A stretch of DNA of 63,988 bases, counting the filler, from Thelocarpon superellum (lineage: Eukaryota), in the NCBI GenBank assembly GCA_026025795.1. It is 3 parts of 3 records of this genome, joined end to end, with 100 filler letters (N's around TTAATTAATTAA, not from the genome) between each part and the next. Parts side by side here need not be neighbours in the genome. Positions count along the whole stretch, not along the records: positions 1 to 24,509 come from JAPEUG010000273.1; positions 24,610 to 49,059 come from JAPEUG010000274.1; 1 more part is not named here. The stretch is one strand, 5' to 3'. Each line of letters starts with the position of its first letter. The first letter of the stretch is position 1. The position numbers and the translations under genes were made by a program. Below, one piece after another: positions 16,528-28,423 of this stretch. A model generated the notes under the pieces. That model was not told the origin of the DNA, did not search any database, and saw nothing but the letters and a program-made list of their open reading frames with translations.

Positions 16528-18684
16528 TCACAGCTGATGTTTGCGTCGTGAACGGGCGCCAAATTCCACCTCAGGATGTACCACCCGCATGTGCCGGGTC
16601 AGGGCGTCGTTGCGGGAGAACGACTTTTCCTCGGTGCACAGGTGACAGCGCACCTTTTGCTTGCGTGCGTTGTGGATCGTATCCTCGTGTCGCGTGAGAT
16701 CGTAGGGCCGCGAGAAGATGGCGTTGCACGGCTTGCCCGTCGACGGATTGATCCGCTCGCACTTGTGCGGCCCGGCTTGGCTGTTGCGTAGCTGCGCCGC
16801 CACATCCTGCCCCGGCGTGCTCGGTCGATGGCCTTCCCGTTTGTGCTTCTGTAACTTGGCTGGTGTCTCGAACCGTAGCGAGCATCCGTGGTAGGTACAC
16901 GTATACGTGCCCGAGTCGGCCGACGTGCGTTCTGGCCGTACCGCCTCAGCCGATGAGTCGGGTGCGGCCTCGCTAGCGCTAGATTCCATCGACGTCAGAT
17001 GGGCCGGGAAGTCAGGGGTGTGGTCCAAGAGCCCGTCGGACGGTGCGAGCCGACTCGGTCGTCGCGATTGGGGAATGAAGGGGTATTGCTGCGGCAGTTG
17101 GATGCCGCGTGGGACCGATGGCGGCGCAAAGGTAAAGGCAGCGGAGCTGGCGCTGGCCGGTGCGCCGACCGACCCCGTCGAGAATCCCGAGGAGCTCGGT
17201 CTCCGGCTGGTCGCCATGCTCGGGTAGCTGTGCTCCGTGAGCGCGTCATCGTCCACGTCAACTGCATGACCCGTCGGGCTGTAATGCATCGTCGTCTCCA
17301 CCGACGGGAAGAGAGGCATCTTCATCTCCTCCTCCGATGCGTGGAAGTCGAGCAGCGCATCCTTCGGCGAGATAGTCTTGGGCGTCGCCTCAACCTGCTG
17401 CGACTGCGCACGTCGGAGTGCTGTTGCATCCGCCTCGGCCTTTTGTCGTTCTCTCAGGTGCGCCGCCGACCCTGCGCCAAACGAATTGGCCGACGGGCCG
17501 TAGGGTGAGCCTTGGCGGAAAGGGGAGCGTTCCCGCGGGACGGAGCTGGTCGCAGCGTGCGCCTGCGAATGCAGATGCTCTTGGTTGGCGGCCTGCATCC
17601 GCTCGGAGAAGACGTCGGGGTAGGGAGAGAGTAACTGTTGATTCTGGCCACGTATCGGCGTCTGGGCGGGCTCATCCGACAATGACAGCGCAAAGGCGGT
17701 TGAGTCGAAGAGCTCATCTTGGTAGACAGTTGAGATGCTCCGGTCAAGCTTCGGTATGGCGATGGGGAGATCTGATACGCCAAGGAGTGAGCATTCGTCG
17801 TCATCGAAGACATGGATTGGAGGGCTCTCACGTTGATTGATGGAGTGGGGTGCGTGTTTGTTGTCTTCCCCAAACGACGCCTTGGGCGTTACAGGGGAGG
17901 GATGGCCCACGCCAGACGACGCCCGCCCAGGTGTCGAAAAGCCTGGCACAGGGGAGTGATCTTCGGCCGGGCCGTGGTGCTCCTTCAATGCCTGGAGCAT
18001 CGCCATCTTCGCCTCCAGCGTGGACTCGTCTTGACGCTGGGGATTGTAGTTCTGGAAGGCAGGCGCGAGGAAGGAGCCGCGCGATGGTCGTGCGGAAGAC
18101 GGCGGAGATTTGGACATGCTGAGGGAGCCCGAATGCTCGCTCGACGACAGGTCGTCGTAATAGGCGGTATCGGTGCTTGGTTGAAGGTGCGAGGCGTCGG
18201 GATTGACGATAAAGGGGTGGGACACAATGGAGTCGTAAGGAGAGGGCGGACCCGCCGAGCCGACGGACGACGCCGACGGAACCCGTTGATGACTCTTATG
18301 ACTCGATCCGGTGGCAGCACGCATCGCGTGATTTCCACTCGAGCGGAAGGATTGCCAGGAAGCCTCGATGCCCAGGCTGTCTGCCAGTGTCGACATTTGC
18401 GCCAGCGAGGACCCAACCGCCGGTTTCGCGGGCATTGACGTCTGGGGAGCTCGCGCGGACGCAGTCGGGAATTGGTCTGGGTCGCTCACGAGAGCGGCGG
18501 GGTAGAGGCTCGCGTCGCCGAGTTCGAATGCCGCCCGCGCACGCTTGGGCGAAGCGTCAGGGGTTAGGGGGGTATTCGTCGCGTTGTAGGGCAACTGAGA
18601 GAGGTCGGCGAAGGGGTAGGCCTGGTGCCGTGAAGAGTATGAGAGTGGAGTGGGAGATTGATGGTGTGCGTGTGAGGCGAGCAT
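16528..18684 (-). CDS. RPN4: C2H2 zinc-finger transcription factor, Rpn4 family (proteasome gene regulator)
   Basis: C-terminal fingers CERINPSTGKPCNAIFSRPYDLTRHEDTIH and CHLCTEEKSFSRNDALTRHMRVVH match the Rpn4 signature (FSRPYDLTRH...FSRxDALTRH), with an additional CTYHGC...HKREGH finger. First ATG 18684. Probable 60-nt in-frame intron 17772-17831. Confidence 0.88.
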   Translation of the reverse strand: MLASHAHHQSPTPLSYSSRHQAYPFADLSQLPYNATNTPLTPDASPKRARAAFELGDASLYPAALVSDPDQFPTASARAPQTSMPAKPAVGSSLAQMSTLADSLGIEASWQSFRSSGNHAMRAATGSSHKSHQRVPSASSVGSAGPPSPYDSIVSHPFIVNPDASHLQPSTDTAYYDDLSSSEHSGSLSMSKSPPSSARPSRGSFLAPAFQNYNPQRQDESTLEAKMAMLQALKEHHGPAEDHSPVPGFSTPGRASSGVGHPSPVTPKASFGEDNKHAPHSINQRESPPIHVFDDDECSLLGVSDLPIAIPKLDRSISTVYQDELFDSTAFALSLSDEPAQTPIRGQNQQLLSPYPDVFSERMQAANQEHLHSQAHAATSSVPRERSPFRQGSPYGPSANSFGAGSAAHLRERQKAEADATALRRAQSQQVEATPKTISPKDALLDFHASEEEMKMPLFPSVETTMHYSPTGHAVDVDDDALTEHSYPSMATSRRPSSSGFSTGSVGAPASASSAAFTFAPPSVPRGIQLPQQYPFIPQSRRPSRLAPSDGLLDHTPDFPAHLTSMESSASEAAPDSSAEAVRPERTSADSGTYTCTYHGCSLRFETPAKLQKHKREGHRPSTPGQDVAAQLRNSQAGPHKCERINPSTGKPCNAIFSRPYDLTRHEDTIHNARKQKVRCHLCTEEKSFSRNDALTRHMRVVHPEVEFGARSRRKHQL

Positions 18685-19370
18685 GGCGATCACCGCCACG
18701 GGTGGCGAGAGTGTCTTGATATATAACCAGAGGTGCTCTCGGAGGGACGGGAAGCCACAGGCTCAATGTTGCTGACACAAGCCACCAGGAGCGTCGAGAG
18801 TATGGTGGAAGGTCTTAGAAATCCACGGGGTAGGCCGGATATAAAGAGCTCAGCGGAGCGGTCGCGGAGTAATTGAGTGCTGGAGGCTGTTTTGGGTTGA
18901 CTGCGGATAAGTTATGTGGATGTTGGTTGAGGGGTGATGATGGAGCAGAGTCGTGGATCGAGGCCGGTTTTGGTTGCAGAAGATGCTGATTGCTCTGGGT
19001 CCGGCTCCATTCTTGAGGACTCGGCCGGGTTCATCGGACGTCGGCCGCTGCCATAAGCGAGTGACGTAGGACCGTCGAGGATTTGGATTACGACAAGGGA
19101 CTCGCTAAGCAAAGTGTATGAGGGGGTACTCACCAGAGATGACGGACTTTCGGCACCCTTGCACCAAGACACTAACGTCTGGCCCATCCTAAGCCCACCG
19201 GACGACGCAGGGCCGGCACTAGTCGGACGCCGAGTCGCGGCTGCCCAGGCCGGCAGCTTCCTCGGCGCTCGCTGAATGGTGCATCCTGCCAGCACCGGAA
19301 AAGTCTATCCCCCATCCCACCACCCCTGCCCAACGCACCATGCTTCCATGGCAGCTGCTGGCAGCTGCTG

Positions 19371-19410
19371 GCACACCCTGCCACACACCCTGCCACACCC
19401 TGCCACACCC
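19371..19410. repeat. Imperfect tandem repeat of about 10 nt (CCTGCCACAC) upstream of rpn4
   Basis: gcacaccctg ccacacaccc tgccacaccc tgccacaccc. Confidence 0.8.
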
Positions 19411-21548
19411 GGGCAAGCCTCCACCGAGCACCCTGCATGAATAATCCAAAATGGTCGAGGGTTCCACTCGCATCCCACTGCTAGTGGGGTCGTAGTCACG
19501 TTCGCATCCAGTCTCCGCGACTCAGCCACATCATGACCATCGTGTTTTCGTCCCACCAACCCACGCCAGAGAAGGTTCCATCTGGTCTTCTGCTCCCGAT
19601 TCTGTCTAGCCGCACGTCGCACCCCAGGTCCTGCACCAGCCCAACCCACGATGCGAGGGATTGAACCGCGGCGCAGGATCTCTCGGGCCAGAACGCCTCT
19701 ACCAACTACGCACGTCCACCTCGCCCTGGAGCTGTCGCGTGGACCTGACAGATGCATCGGTAATCCCACCTCATGCACTATGACCGGGCTTAGCAATATT
19801 GCAAGACCAACCAAGCCTGGCATTCGCCAATCTCCGCGGCTGCCATCCCAGATCGCTGTCCCAAAGGAGCATTTGCATCCCGACCCATCGCTCCTCGCAC
19901 GTCACGATGGTGACGCCCCGCGACCCGCGACGCGCCCGACCCTGGCCGCGCTGAGGGTCCGTGGCTCAGGCGCTGAATCGTCCAAAGGCATCCCACGATG
20001 GTACTGTGGCTCATCCTCGAGTGACGAACGCACCTCCGCCGGACCGGCCTGGCGAAGTCGCCGGAGCGACGACCGGGTGGCCTGTTGGTCAGCGGATGGG
20101 GCAGCGTTGATTCCATCGGCGGGTCGTATTATTGCTCTACCTCTCAAACTTCCGGGTCAGAACTCGGTGCAACTCGGTGCACAATATCCGCACAGGCGGA
20201 AAGATACGGGCGTGACATAACATCGTCTTGTCGTAGAAACCCCACAAAGGCAACCAAGAATGACGACTGCAAAGTCTGAAATTGCATGACTCGAGCCCTA
20301 CACGACTCGCTGTCCACCCTCGCGGCCGTGAAAAGACACGGAGCGCGACAAATCCGATCGCATAATCCATCCGTAATCCACCTCGTCCACTTACCCGAGC
20401 CTACGGCGCCCGGATGTAACCCGAGGTCCGCCATCCACCACGCCCTGTCATCTCGTGCACCGCAAGTTTCTCTCCCCCACCTAGACTCTTGTCTGGAAGT
20501 CTAGCATGCCCAACCATCCGTGACGTTACAGTCGCTGATGTCCGAAGGGGGCGGCGAGGAGAGACATGCGCGCCGCATGAGACGAACTATCGAACGCGGC
20601 TGGAGTTGCAGCGAAGGCGTACGGCCTTGCAGGTTCCTGCGCATCCACGCAACCGAGCCTGAGCTTGCGCGTCTTTCCCAATTTTCCCCGGATTTCATCG
20701 TCCCATCGCTCGGGGGTTATTTGCGGTTCAGCGTCGTGTCTGGGTGAGATCTGCCGTTCGGACAAAAACTTCGGTAGCAACATGTCGGTACCTGAGCCTG
20801 ATGCAACGCACAGTCGTGGCTATGCAGACCTGTCCTGGAGCGAAAGCCACAGCAGGCAAGCCACACGGGGGTCGAATGAGGTCAAGCGCTGCGGGGCCGA
20901 CGAATCGGAAGAGGGAGGGTCCGTGGAGATGTGCAGGGACGAGAGCGACGCTTGCCAAGGTTTCGGCGAAGACCGGGACTATCGGGCGGGCGAAGCAGGC
21001 AGGCAGGCACGGCCAACGCAACTACCGCAGTGGGAGGTGGACGAGTACGATTACTCGCACTCGTGTCGTCTGCCACACTGACGTTCCAGATCGCTCCATG
21101 ACTCGCGTGAGGCGTGGCTTGACTGCGACCGTGGCTCGCCAACGCCTGGGACCTAGCCAGACTGTCAGTTCGAAAGACAACTCCGCGGGACACAAACCCA
21201 CGCGGTTCTCGGACCTTGATCTTCGACGCATCGATATGTTCCTCGGTGCCGAGGCTCAAAGAGACCACATTTCAACGTTGTCACCGTTTCGGGACGATTC
21301 GGAAGGTTAGTTCTGTAACCCCGTGTGATCTTCGCACGGACGAATATGTATGGGCTTGTATATTCATGACAAACTCAAAGAATAATACTTTCCGAAGTAG
21401 TCGCCACGTCGCTCCATTCATCGGAGCAGGCCTATTTCCGTTGGCCCAGTTCTTCGCTAGCTACACACGATCGAGGAAGACGTGATAGACTCGACACGTT
21501 GACAAGCCTAGTCACTCACAGTTTACTTGTGTCCATCAATTATACCAG

Positions 21549-21582
21549 GAATATTTTATTCGAAGCGAATATTTTATTCGAA
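21549..21582. repeat. Direct repeat of 16-mer GAATATTTTATTCGAA (2 copies, 2-nt spacer)
   Basis: Identical copies at 21549-21564 and 21567-21582 in an AT-rich patch. Confidence 0.85.
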
Positions 21583-21900
21583 ATAACATGTAAACGTCAA
21601 TGTCGAGTCATAGATTTCCATAGTTGTACGCGCTGCATAGCAGGCAAGTAACTTGGTTAGCTCAAGGTAAATAAGGCTACAACAGGTGGGTCTCTCCTTG
21701 CACGATAGCTAATCAACGCCTAGTGAATGTGTGCGTCATGATATTATTGTCGATGGAGTCACGAGGATCTCTCATCATTCTCTATGCTCGATGAATGATC
21801 GGCCGCAGAGAAAATCGACGCTAGAGGAGAATAATACTAATCACCGCTGCTGCTACTGCGAGTACTCGTACCACCAAAAGGCTATACCCATTGCTACTGA

Positions 21901-21998
21901 TGAGTCACGGAGCCGGGTCAAGGGCGAGCACCGTACGCGCATGTGGACGCGCCGTGCCAAAACAACACATCCCTACGTGACGCGCGGGCCGTGACTCA
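21901..21998. promoter_or_regulatory. Two perfect Gcn4/CpcA (AP-1)-type sites TGA(C/G)TCA
   Basis: TGAGTCA at 21901-21907 and TGACTCA at 21992-21998; function inferred from motif only. Confidence 0.4.
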
Positions 21999-22267
21999 CA
22001 AGGACGGGGTCAAACCACGACTCGGCACTAGCACACTCCCGGACTCGCGGATTGGTTCATCATGTAGCTGGTTTGATTGGACTGCAATCCCGTCGGCTCA
22101 GAACACCCCCCCAGCGCATGTATTATACAACAAGAAACCCGTGAACCAGAGCCGTCGCAGAGCCATGGGTCATCCCATTTCAGCACACCAGTGATGAGTC
22201 CACCTCGGGCCGACCGATCATCGAGCCCAAAGTAAAAGATTCGTGAACAAGAGTAGACGCGATACGC

Positions 22268-22742
<475 letters not shown>

Positions 22743-23701
22743 ATTGAAGGTTGGGGGGTGGGAGTTATTGGAAAAGTAAATGAAATGTGGTGTTCCGTGA
22801 ACGATGATTGTCAAGTTGGATGGTGGGTAGAAGGATCGGAAGTGCGAGGGGCGGTCGGCGTATTTGAGGTTCCGGCAACAACGCGCCCGAATCACCCCAG
22901 ATCAACCCGGCCATCTCGCGCTAATCCCGAAGCGATCGATCATAACAACGTGACAAGGAGCATCAGATCACGCATACCCGAACGCGGGCCTAGCCCAACA
23001 CAGAACCGCAGTGATTCCGCCTACGAATAGTAGTAAGACCAAGGCCAGTGATCCGCCAGGGCGAGAGCGATCACCTGGGCACGTTGTGGCGGTCAAGACA
23101 CCGCACCATCGATGCAGCTCTACGAGTGCTGTGAGGGAGCTCCAGTCATCTTGATCTCACAGTGGACTTGCCGGTGCATGGCGATTTAATCACAACAAGT
23201 GCATCGGTGGATACGGATTGCAACCGGGAGTGCAGACTCCGCATTCAGAATCCGATGATCAGGATCCTGCCGTCAGCTGATCCGGATGGGTAAGGTGGAG
23301 GAGTTTGGTGGGGTGTGAGAGTTCGGAAGCGCTCGCGTAGTGATGGGGGGTGCTGATTGGCCCTACAGCGGTTGATTCTGATGTTCTGAAGGCAGAATCG
23401 CTTGGCGAAAAAGGTGCGAAGCAGCTGCTGCTTTCCAGACGCTTTTTCGACGGGAATAAAGCACGCTAGTGAGGCCCCATAAATCACAACAAGCCTGAAA
23501 TCAGCCGACTAGCGCGTCGTTGCCTGGGAGGGTCTACCAGATCAACTCGCTCGCCCCCCATCCTACTTAAATCTGCTCCCACCCACCTCGCTTCCTCTTT
23601 CTTACACCATCCGCAACCCGACGTAGCCACGCCTCCGTCGTCATCCACATCTCACTTCCACAACTCTATCTTCTTCACCTCGCTGTCACAGCATCTTCGT
23701 C
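22743..23701. promoter_or_regulatory. Bidirectional histone H4/H3 promoter with repeated motifs
   Basis: Head-to-head genes 959 bp apart. Repeated AATCACAACAAG (23188, 23482) and CCAGATCAAC (22897, 23537), plus a reverse CCAAT box near 23356. Confidence 0.7.
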
Positions 23702-24347
<646 letters not shown>

Positions 24348-24509
24348 ATGATGACGATCACCGGCGCCTGATCCATCGTGACGACCTTCACCCATGACCT
24401 AGGATGGGCGGACCGAGTGCGAGGGGACGGGTGGCTGGAACGATCATGATGGCTTTCAATCTTTGCTGCGATGTTCGGGGGAACAAGGACACTGGGGATC
24501 GGAGCACTT

Positions 24510-24609
24510 NNNNNNNNNNNNNNNNNNNNNNNNNNNNNNNNNNNNNNNNNNNNTTAATTAATTAANNNNNNNNNNNNNNNNNNNNNNNNNNNNNNNNNNN
24601 NNNNNNNNN
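24510..24609. other. Artificial contig linker / gap
   Basis: 100 nt: N-run, TTAATTAATTAA (stops in all six frames, 24554-24565), N-run. The downstream gene starts mid-CDS. Confidence 0.97.
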
Positions 24610-27600
24610 AGCCGCGACGTTTTGGGCAAGACCAAGATCGTCAAGGAAAACACCAATCCGAAGTGGAATGAGACCAAGTACATCATTCTTACCTCCTTCA
24701 AGGACAGCTTGACCTTGCAGGTCTTCGACTTCAACGAATACCGCCGGGACAAGGAGCTCGGCACCGCGACCTTCTCGCTAGAGCATCTCGAAGAGGAGGC
24801 CGAGCACGAGAACCAGCGGCTTGAGATCATGGGCAACGGCAAGGCCCGTGGTCAGATTCAATCAGACATCCGTTTCTTCCCCGTGCTGGAGGGCCGCAAG
24901 CTGGGAGATGGTCACATGGAGCCCCCGCCCGAATCCAAGACCGGCATCGCCCGATTCACTGTGGAGCAGGCCAAGGATCTTGATGGCACCAAGAGCTTGG
25001 TCGGCCAGCTGAATCCCTACGCTGTCCTGCTATTAAATGGAAAGGAGGTGCACACGACACATAAGATCAAGCGTTCCAATAACCCCATCTGGGACAACGG
25101 GGCCAAAGATATCCTGATCACCGATCGCTCGTCCGCCCGCCTAGGTCTGGTAATCAAGGACGAGCGGGAGCTGGGCGCGGACGTCATCGTCGGTACCATG
25201 CAGACCAAGCTTGACGACATGATGACCTCGATGGAAAAGGGACAGGAGTGGTACAATTTGGCCGGCGCCAAGACCGGCCGAACCAAACTCACGCTGCAGT
25301 GGAAGCCCGTCGCCTTGCCGGGCTCCTTTGGTGGCACGGGCGGCTATGTCACGCCTATCGGGGTGATGCGGTTCCATTTCCAGAACGCGCGCAATGTCCG
25401 CAACGTCGAGACAGTCGGCAAGTCCGATCCCTACGTGCGCATTCTCCTCTCCGGAATCGAGAAGGGTCGTACCGTCACCTTCCAGGCCAATCTCAATCCC
25501 GATTGGGATGAGATCCTATACGTCCCCATGCATTCGACCCGCGAACGTTTGACACTCGAGGTCATGGACGAGGAGAACCTTGGCAAAGATCGCTCACTCG
25601 GCTTAGTCGAGGTTGCCGCGGCGGACTATATCAAGCAAGCGGAGAACGGCGAGTACCTGGCCAGCGGCGAGCCCCAACTGCATTCGGACCCGCTGCGGAT
25701 GTTCGGAAAGGGGACACCTAAAGGGACCCTGACCTACACCGCGGCCTTCTACCCATGCATGGACGTCGTCGATCCCGAAGAGGAGGCAAAGGAAGCCGAG
25801 GAGGCACAGGCGAGGGAAGAGGCCGAGAAGCAGCAGAAGGAAGTGACGGAGTCTGAGGGGAAGCCGGATGCCGTCATGGCCCAGAACGTGGAAAAAGCTG
25901 AGGCCGGCAAGGTGGATGAGCAATTGGGCAAGGCGTTGGCGGAGAATGAAACGGAGCAGGCGCCTTCGGCGGGCCCAGAAAAATCCCCCAAGCTCCGCAT
26001 CGGAACTGAGGACTTGGCACGCTATGGTATTGCGGCGCACTTACCCCCAAATGCCGCCCGTGGTGACGACGATGCTAATGTGACGGATGATGCAGAATCG
26101 GGATTAATCGTCTTCAAGCTGATTGAAGCGGATTTGGCTCAGGCCAACTGCCATCTCGAGGTGCTCATCGACGACATGCGTTTCCCGTCCTATATCTCCT
26201 CCAAGGCCAAGTCACGAAAAGCAACCTTTGATGAGAGTGCGTTCCCACCGCCCCTCGACTTGATACACCGCTGATGTGATGCGTAGCGGGAGATACGTTC
26301 GTTCGAGAAATGGACGTCTCGCAGATCACCTTACAATTACGCGACACGGTCGATCGCAAGGGTGATGAGAAACAAGTGCGGACGCTGGCCAGATTGTCGG
26401 GCGACACGCTCGGCACACTGAAGCAGTGTTTGGTGCGTGCCACATTCCTAGCTACAGTTGGACCAAGACACTGATACTGATTCACCCGCAGGACAAGCCA
26501 ACGGTCCTTACGCTCCACGACTCTGAGGGCGGTACCAGCACGATCAAAGTCAGCCTTCGATACATCCCGGTCAAAATGCAACTTGACCCGCGCGAGAGCA
26601 TCAACAACAGTGGGGAGGTGCGCGTGGACGTGCTAGACGCGACGGACTTGCCATCGGCCGACCGCAATGGATACAGCGATCCATATTGCCGATTCCTGCT
26701 CAACGAAAAGGAGGTGTTCAAGACCAAGGTGCAAAAGAAGACGCTGAGCCCCGTGTGGGGGGAGTTCTTCGTGGTGCCCGTGCCCTCACGAATCGCCGCC
26801 AACTTCAAGGTGATCGTGATGGACTGGGACCTTGCCAACGAAGACGATCTCCTGGGCGCGTCGGAGATCAACCTCGACCTACTCGAACCGCTCGTGGCAC
26901 AGGAGTACAAATTGAAGCTGGACGGAACCTCTGGCACAATCCGGCTGCGGCTTCACTTCAAGCCGAATTACGTCAAGCGGTCCCACCAAGGCTCTTCGAC
27001 CTTCTCCGGCACCTTTGCGACGCCAGGCCGGATCGTAACTGGGGTGGCGGGTGCGCCGATCAAGGGAGTGGGGTTCGTGGGAGGGGGAATGGTTAAAGGT
27101 GCATCCTTTATCAAGCATGGGTTCCGGGGCAAGAAGCGGGGCGAGGGCAGCGTCTCGTCTTTTGACACCGAGGCAGCGAATGGTGAGGCGGCCGACGCCG
27201 GGACTGAGCCGGCCTTGACCGTCAACGGCGAGTCGCCACCTCCGCCGTCGACCCCACAAGGCACACCGCCACAGGCGCGCTCACGCAGCTTCGGTACGCG
27301 ATCCATCGCCGGGGTCAGCCTTGGGAAGGGCAGCGGCCCTGAGGCAGGCACGGCCAGCATCACCATCGTCTCGGCTTCTGGCTTCCCGGCGGGGGCCAAT
27401 GTTCGGGTCCAAGTGAAGCAGCTCGCGGGCAAAGGTGGTAAGGAGGTACACAAGTCCAAAGCCCTCAAAGCCCCTGCAGGATCGGCGCAGTGGGAAGGCG
27501 AGACGTTCAAGGTCAGCTGCGCGGCCGACACGCAGTTTCAACTCCAAGTTAAGGATCACTCGACCTTTGGCAGCGACGACGACTTGGGCGAAGGCCTCTT

Positions 27601-27769
27601 CGTGATCGACGACTCAAGTGCCGGGAGCGAAAAGACGGCCAAGGTCGGGCAGGGCAGTGTCGTGCTGCGGTCCAGCTTCACGCCCGCCAACGCCAACGGC
27701 GATGTTCGCGATAGTCCCAAGAGCACGGCTGGCAGCCGCCGAAGCTTCTTGGCGAAGAAAGAGCCTTAG
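24610..27769 (+). CDS. Tricalbin / extended synaptotagmin (multiple C2 domains), 5'-truncated at the contig edge
   Basis: Repeated C2 motifs (KENTNPKWNET, LNPYAVLLLNG, GKSDPYVRI...NLNPDWDE, DLPSADRNGYSDPYC...KKTLSPVW). Introns at about 26027-26095, 26237-26287 and 26433-26491. Confidence 0.93.
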
Positions 27770-28063
27770 TGACGAACCACTCCTCCCTCCCGAGCTGGCT
27801 TCGTTGCCACCACGGTCTTGATCGTGGCGCTTCGTCCGCAGTCTGGCCACGACCGTCACGATACCCTCTGATCGAGCTTCACCCGCAATTCTCCCTTGTA
27901 ATGCTACCGAGTATCGGTTACAGATAGTTCATTAGGACCCTCTCCGACGATGGGAGATAGAATACACAATGCGTTCAGCCCTTCCCGCTCGCCGATCCCA
28001 GCGTTACTCGTCCGACTGATTCTAGTGCCGATTGCCAGAAGCATTTGATTATTCTGCACCGGC

Positions 28064-28423
28064 TTAGATCAAGCGAAACATGTTCTCACGCACACCACGT
28101 TTCATCGCCGCTGGTTTGCCCCCCTCCAGCTCCAAGCCGGCCTCACCGCCGCCGCCGGATAGGTTCTCAAGCTTCTGCCGCAGCTCCTCATCCATCTCGG
28201 CCACGGTCTGTTTTGCCGCTTCTGGAGCGCGTGATGTCGCAGACGTGGTTTTGCCCTGCTCCACCGAGCGACCTGGCTCCATGTCTTCCGTGCTGGGGCT
28301 GGGGTGCTCAGGTGGATATTGGTCACCGGGACGCTTGGCAATAGATTGAGAAAGAAGGCGTTGACGCAGCTGAGCGGAGGCGGGTCGTAGAGTAGACACG
28401 ATCCTCCCGGTGAGTCTCGCCAT
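28064..28423 (-). CDS. Small (119 aa) uncharacterised protein with a mitochondrial-presequence-like N-terminus
   Basis: ATG-initiated ORF. Arg/Ser/Leu-rich, acid-free N-terminus. C-terminus AEMDEELRQKL..SGGGGEAGLELEGGKPAAMKRGVRENMFRLI resembles a conserved Pezizomycotina hypothetical family (from recall). Confidence 0.75.
   Translation of the reverse strand: MARLTGRIVSTLRPASAQLRQRLLSQSIAKRPGDQYPPEHPSPSTEDMEPGRSVEQGKTTSATSRAPEAAKQTVAEMDEELRQKLENLSGGGGEAGLELEGGKPAAMKRGVRENMFRLI

Noticed and set aside
18808..18820. Possible heat-shock element GAAggTCTtaGAA upstream of rpn4
   Set aside because: Only two correct nGAAn units; too degenerate to support despite biological plausibility.
24554..24565. 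TTAATTAATTAA palindrome as a biological element
   Set aside because: Embedded in N-runs and repeated identically at 49104-49115; a synthetic six-frame stop spacer.
28064..28423. Calling the small protein Sdh8/SDHAF4
   Set aside because: Lacks the characteristic C-terminal GP..EP.R.GDW...GR..DF motif.
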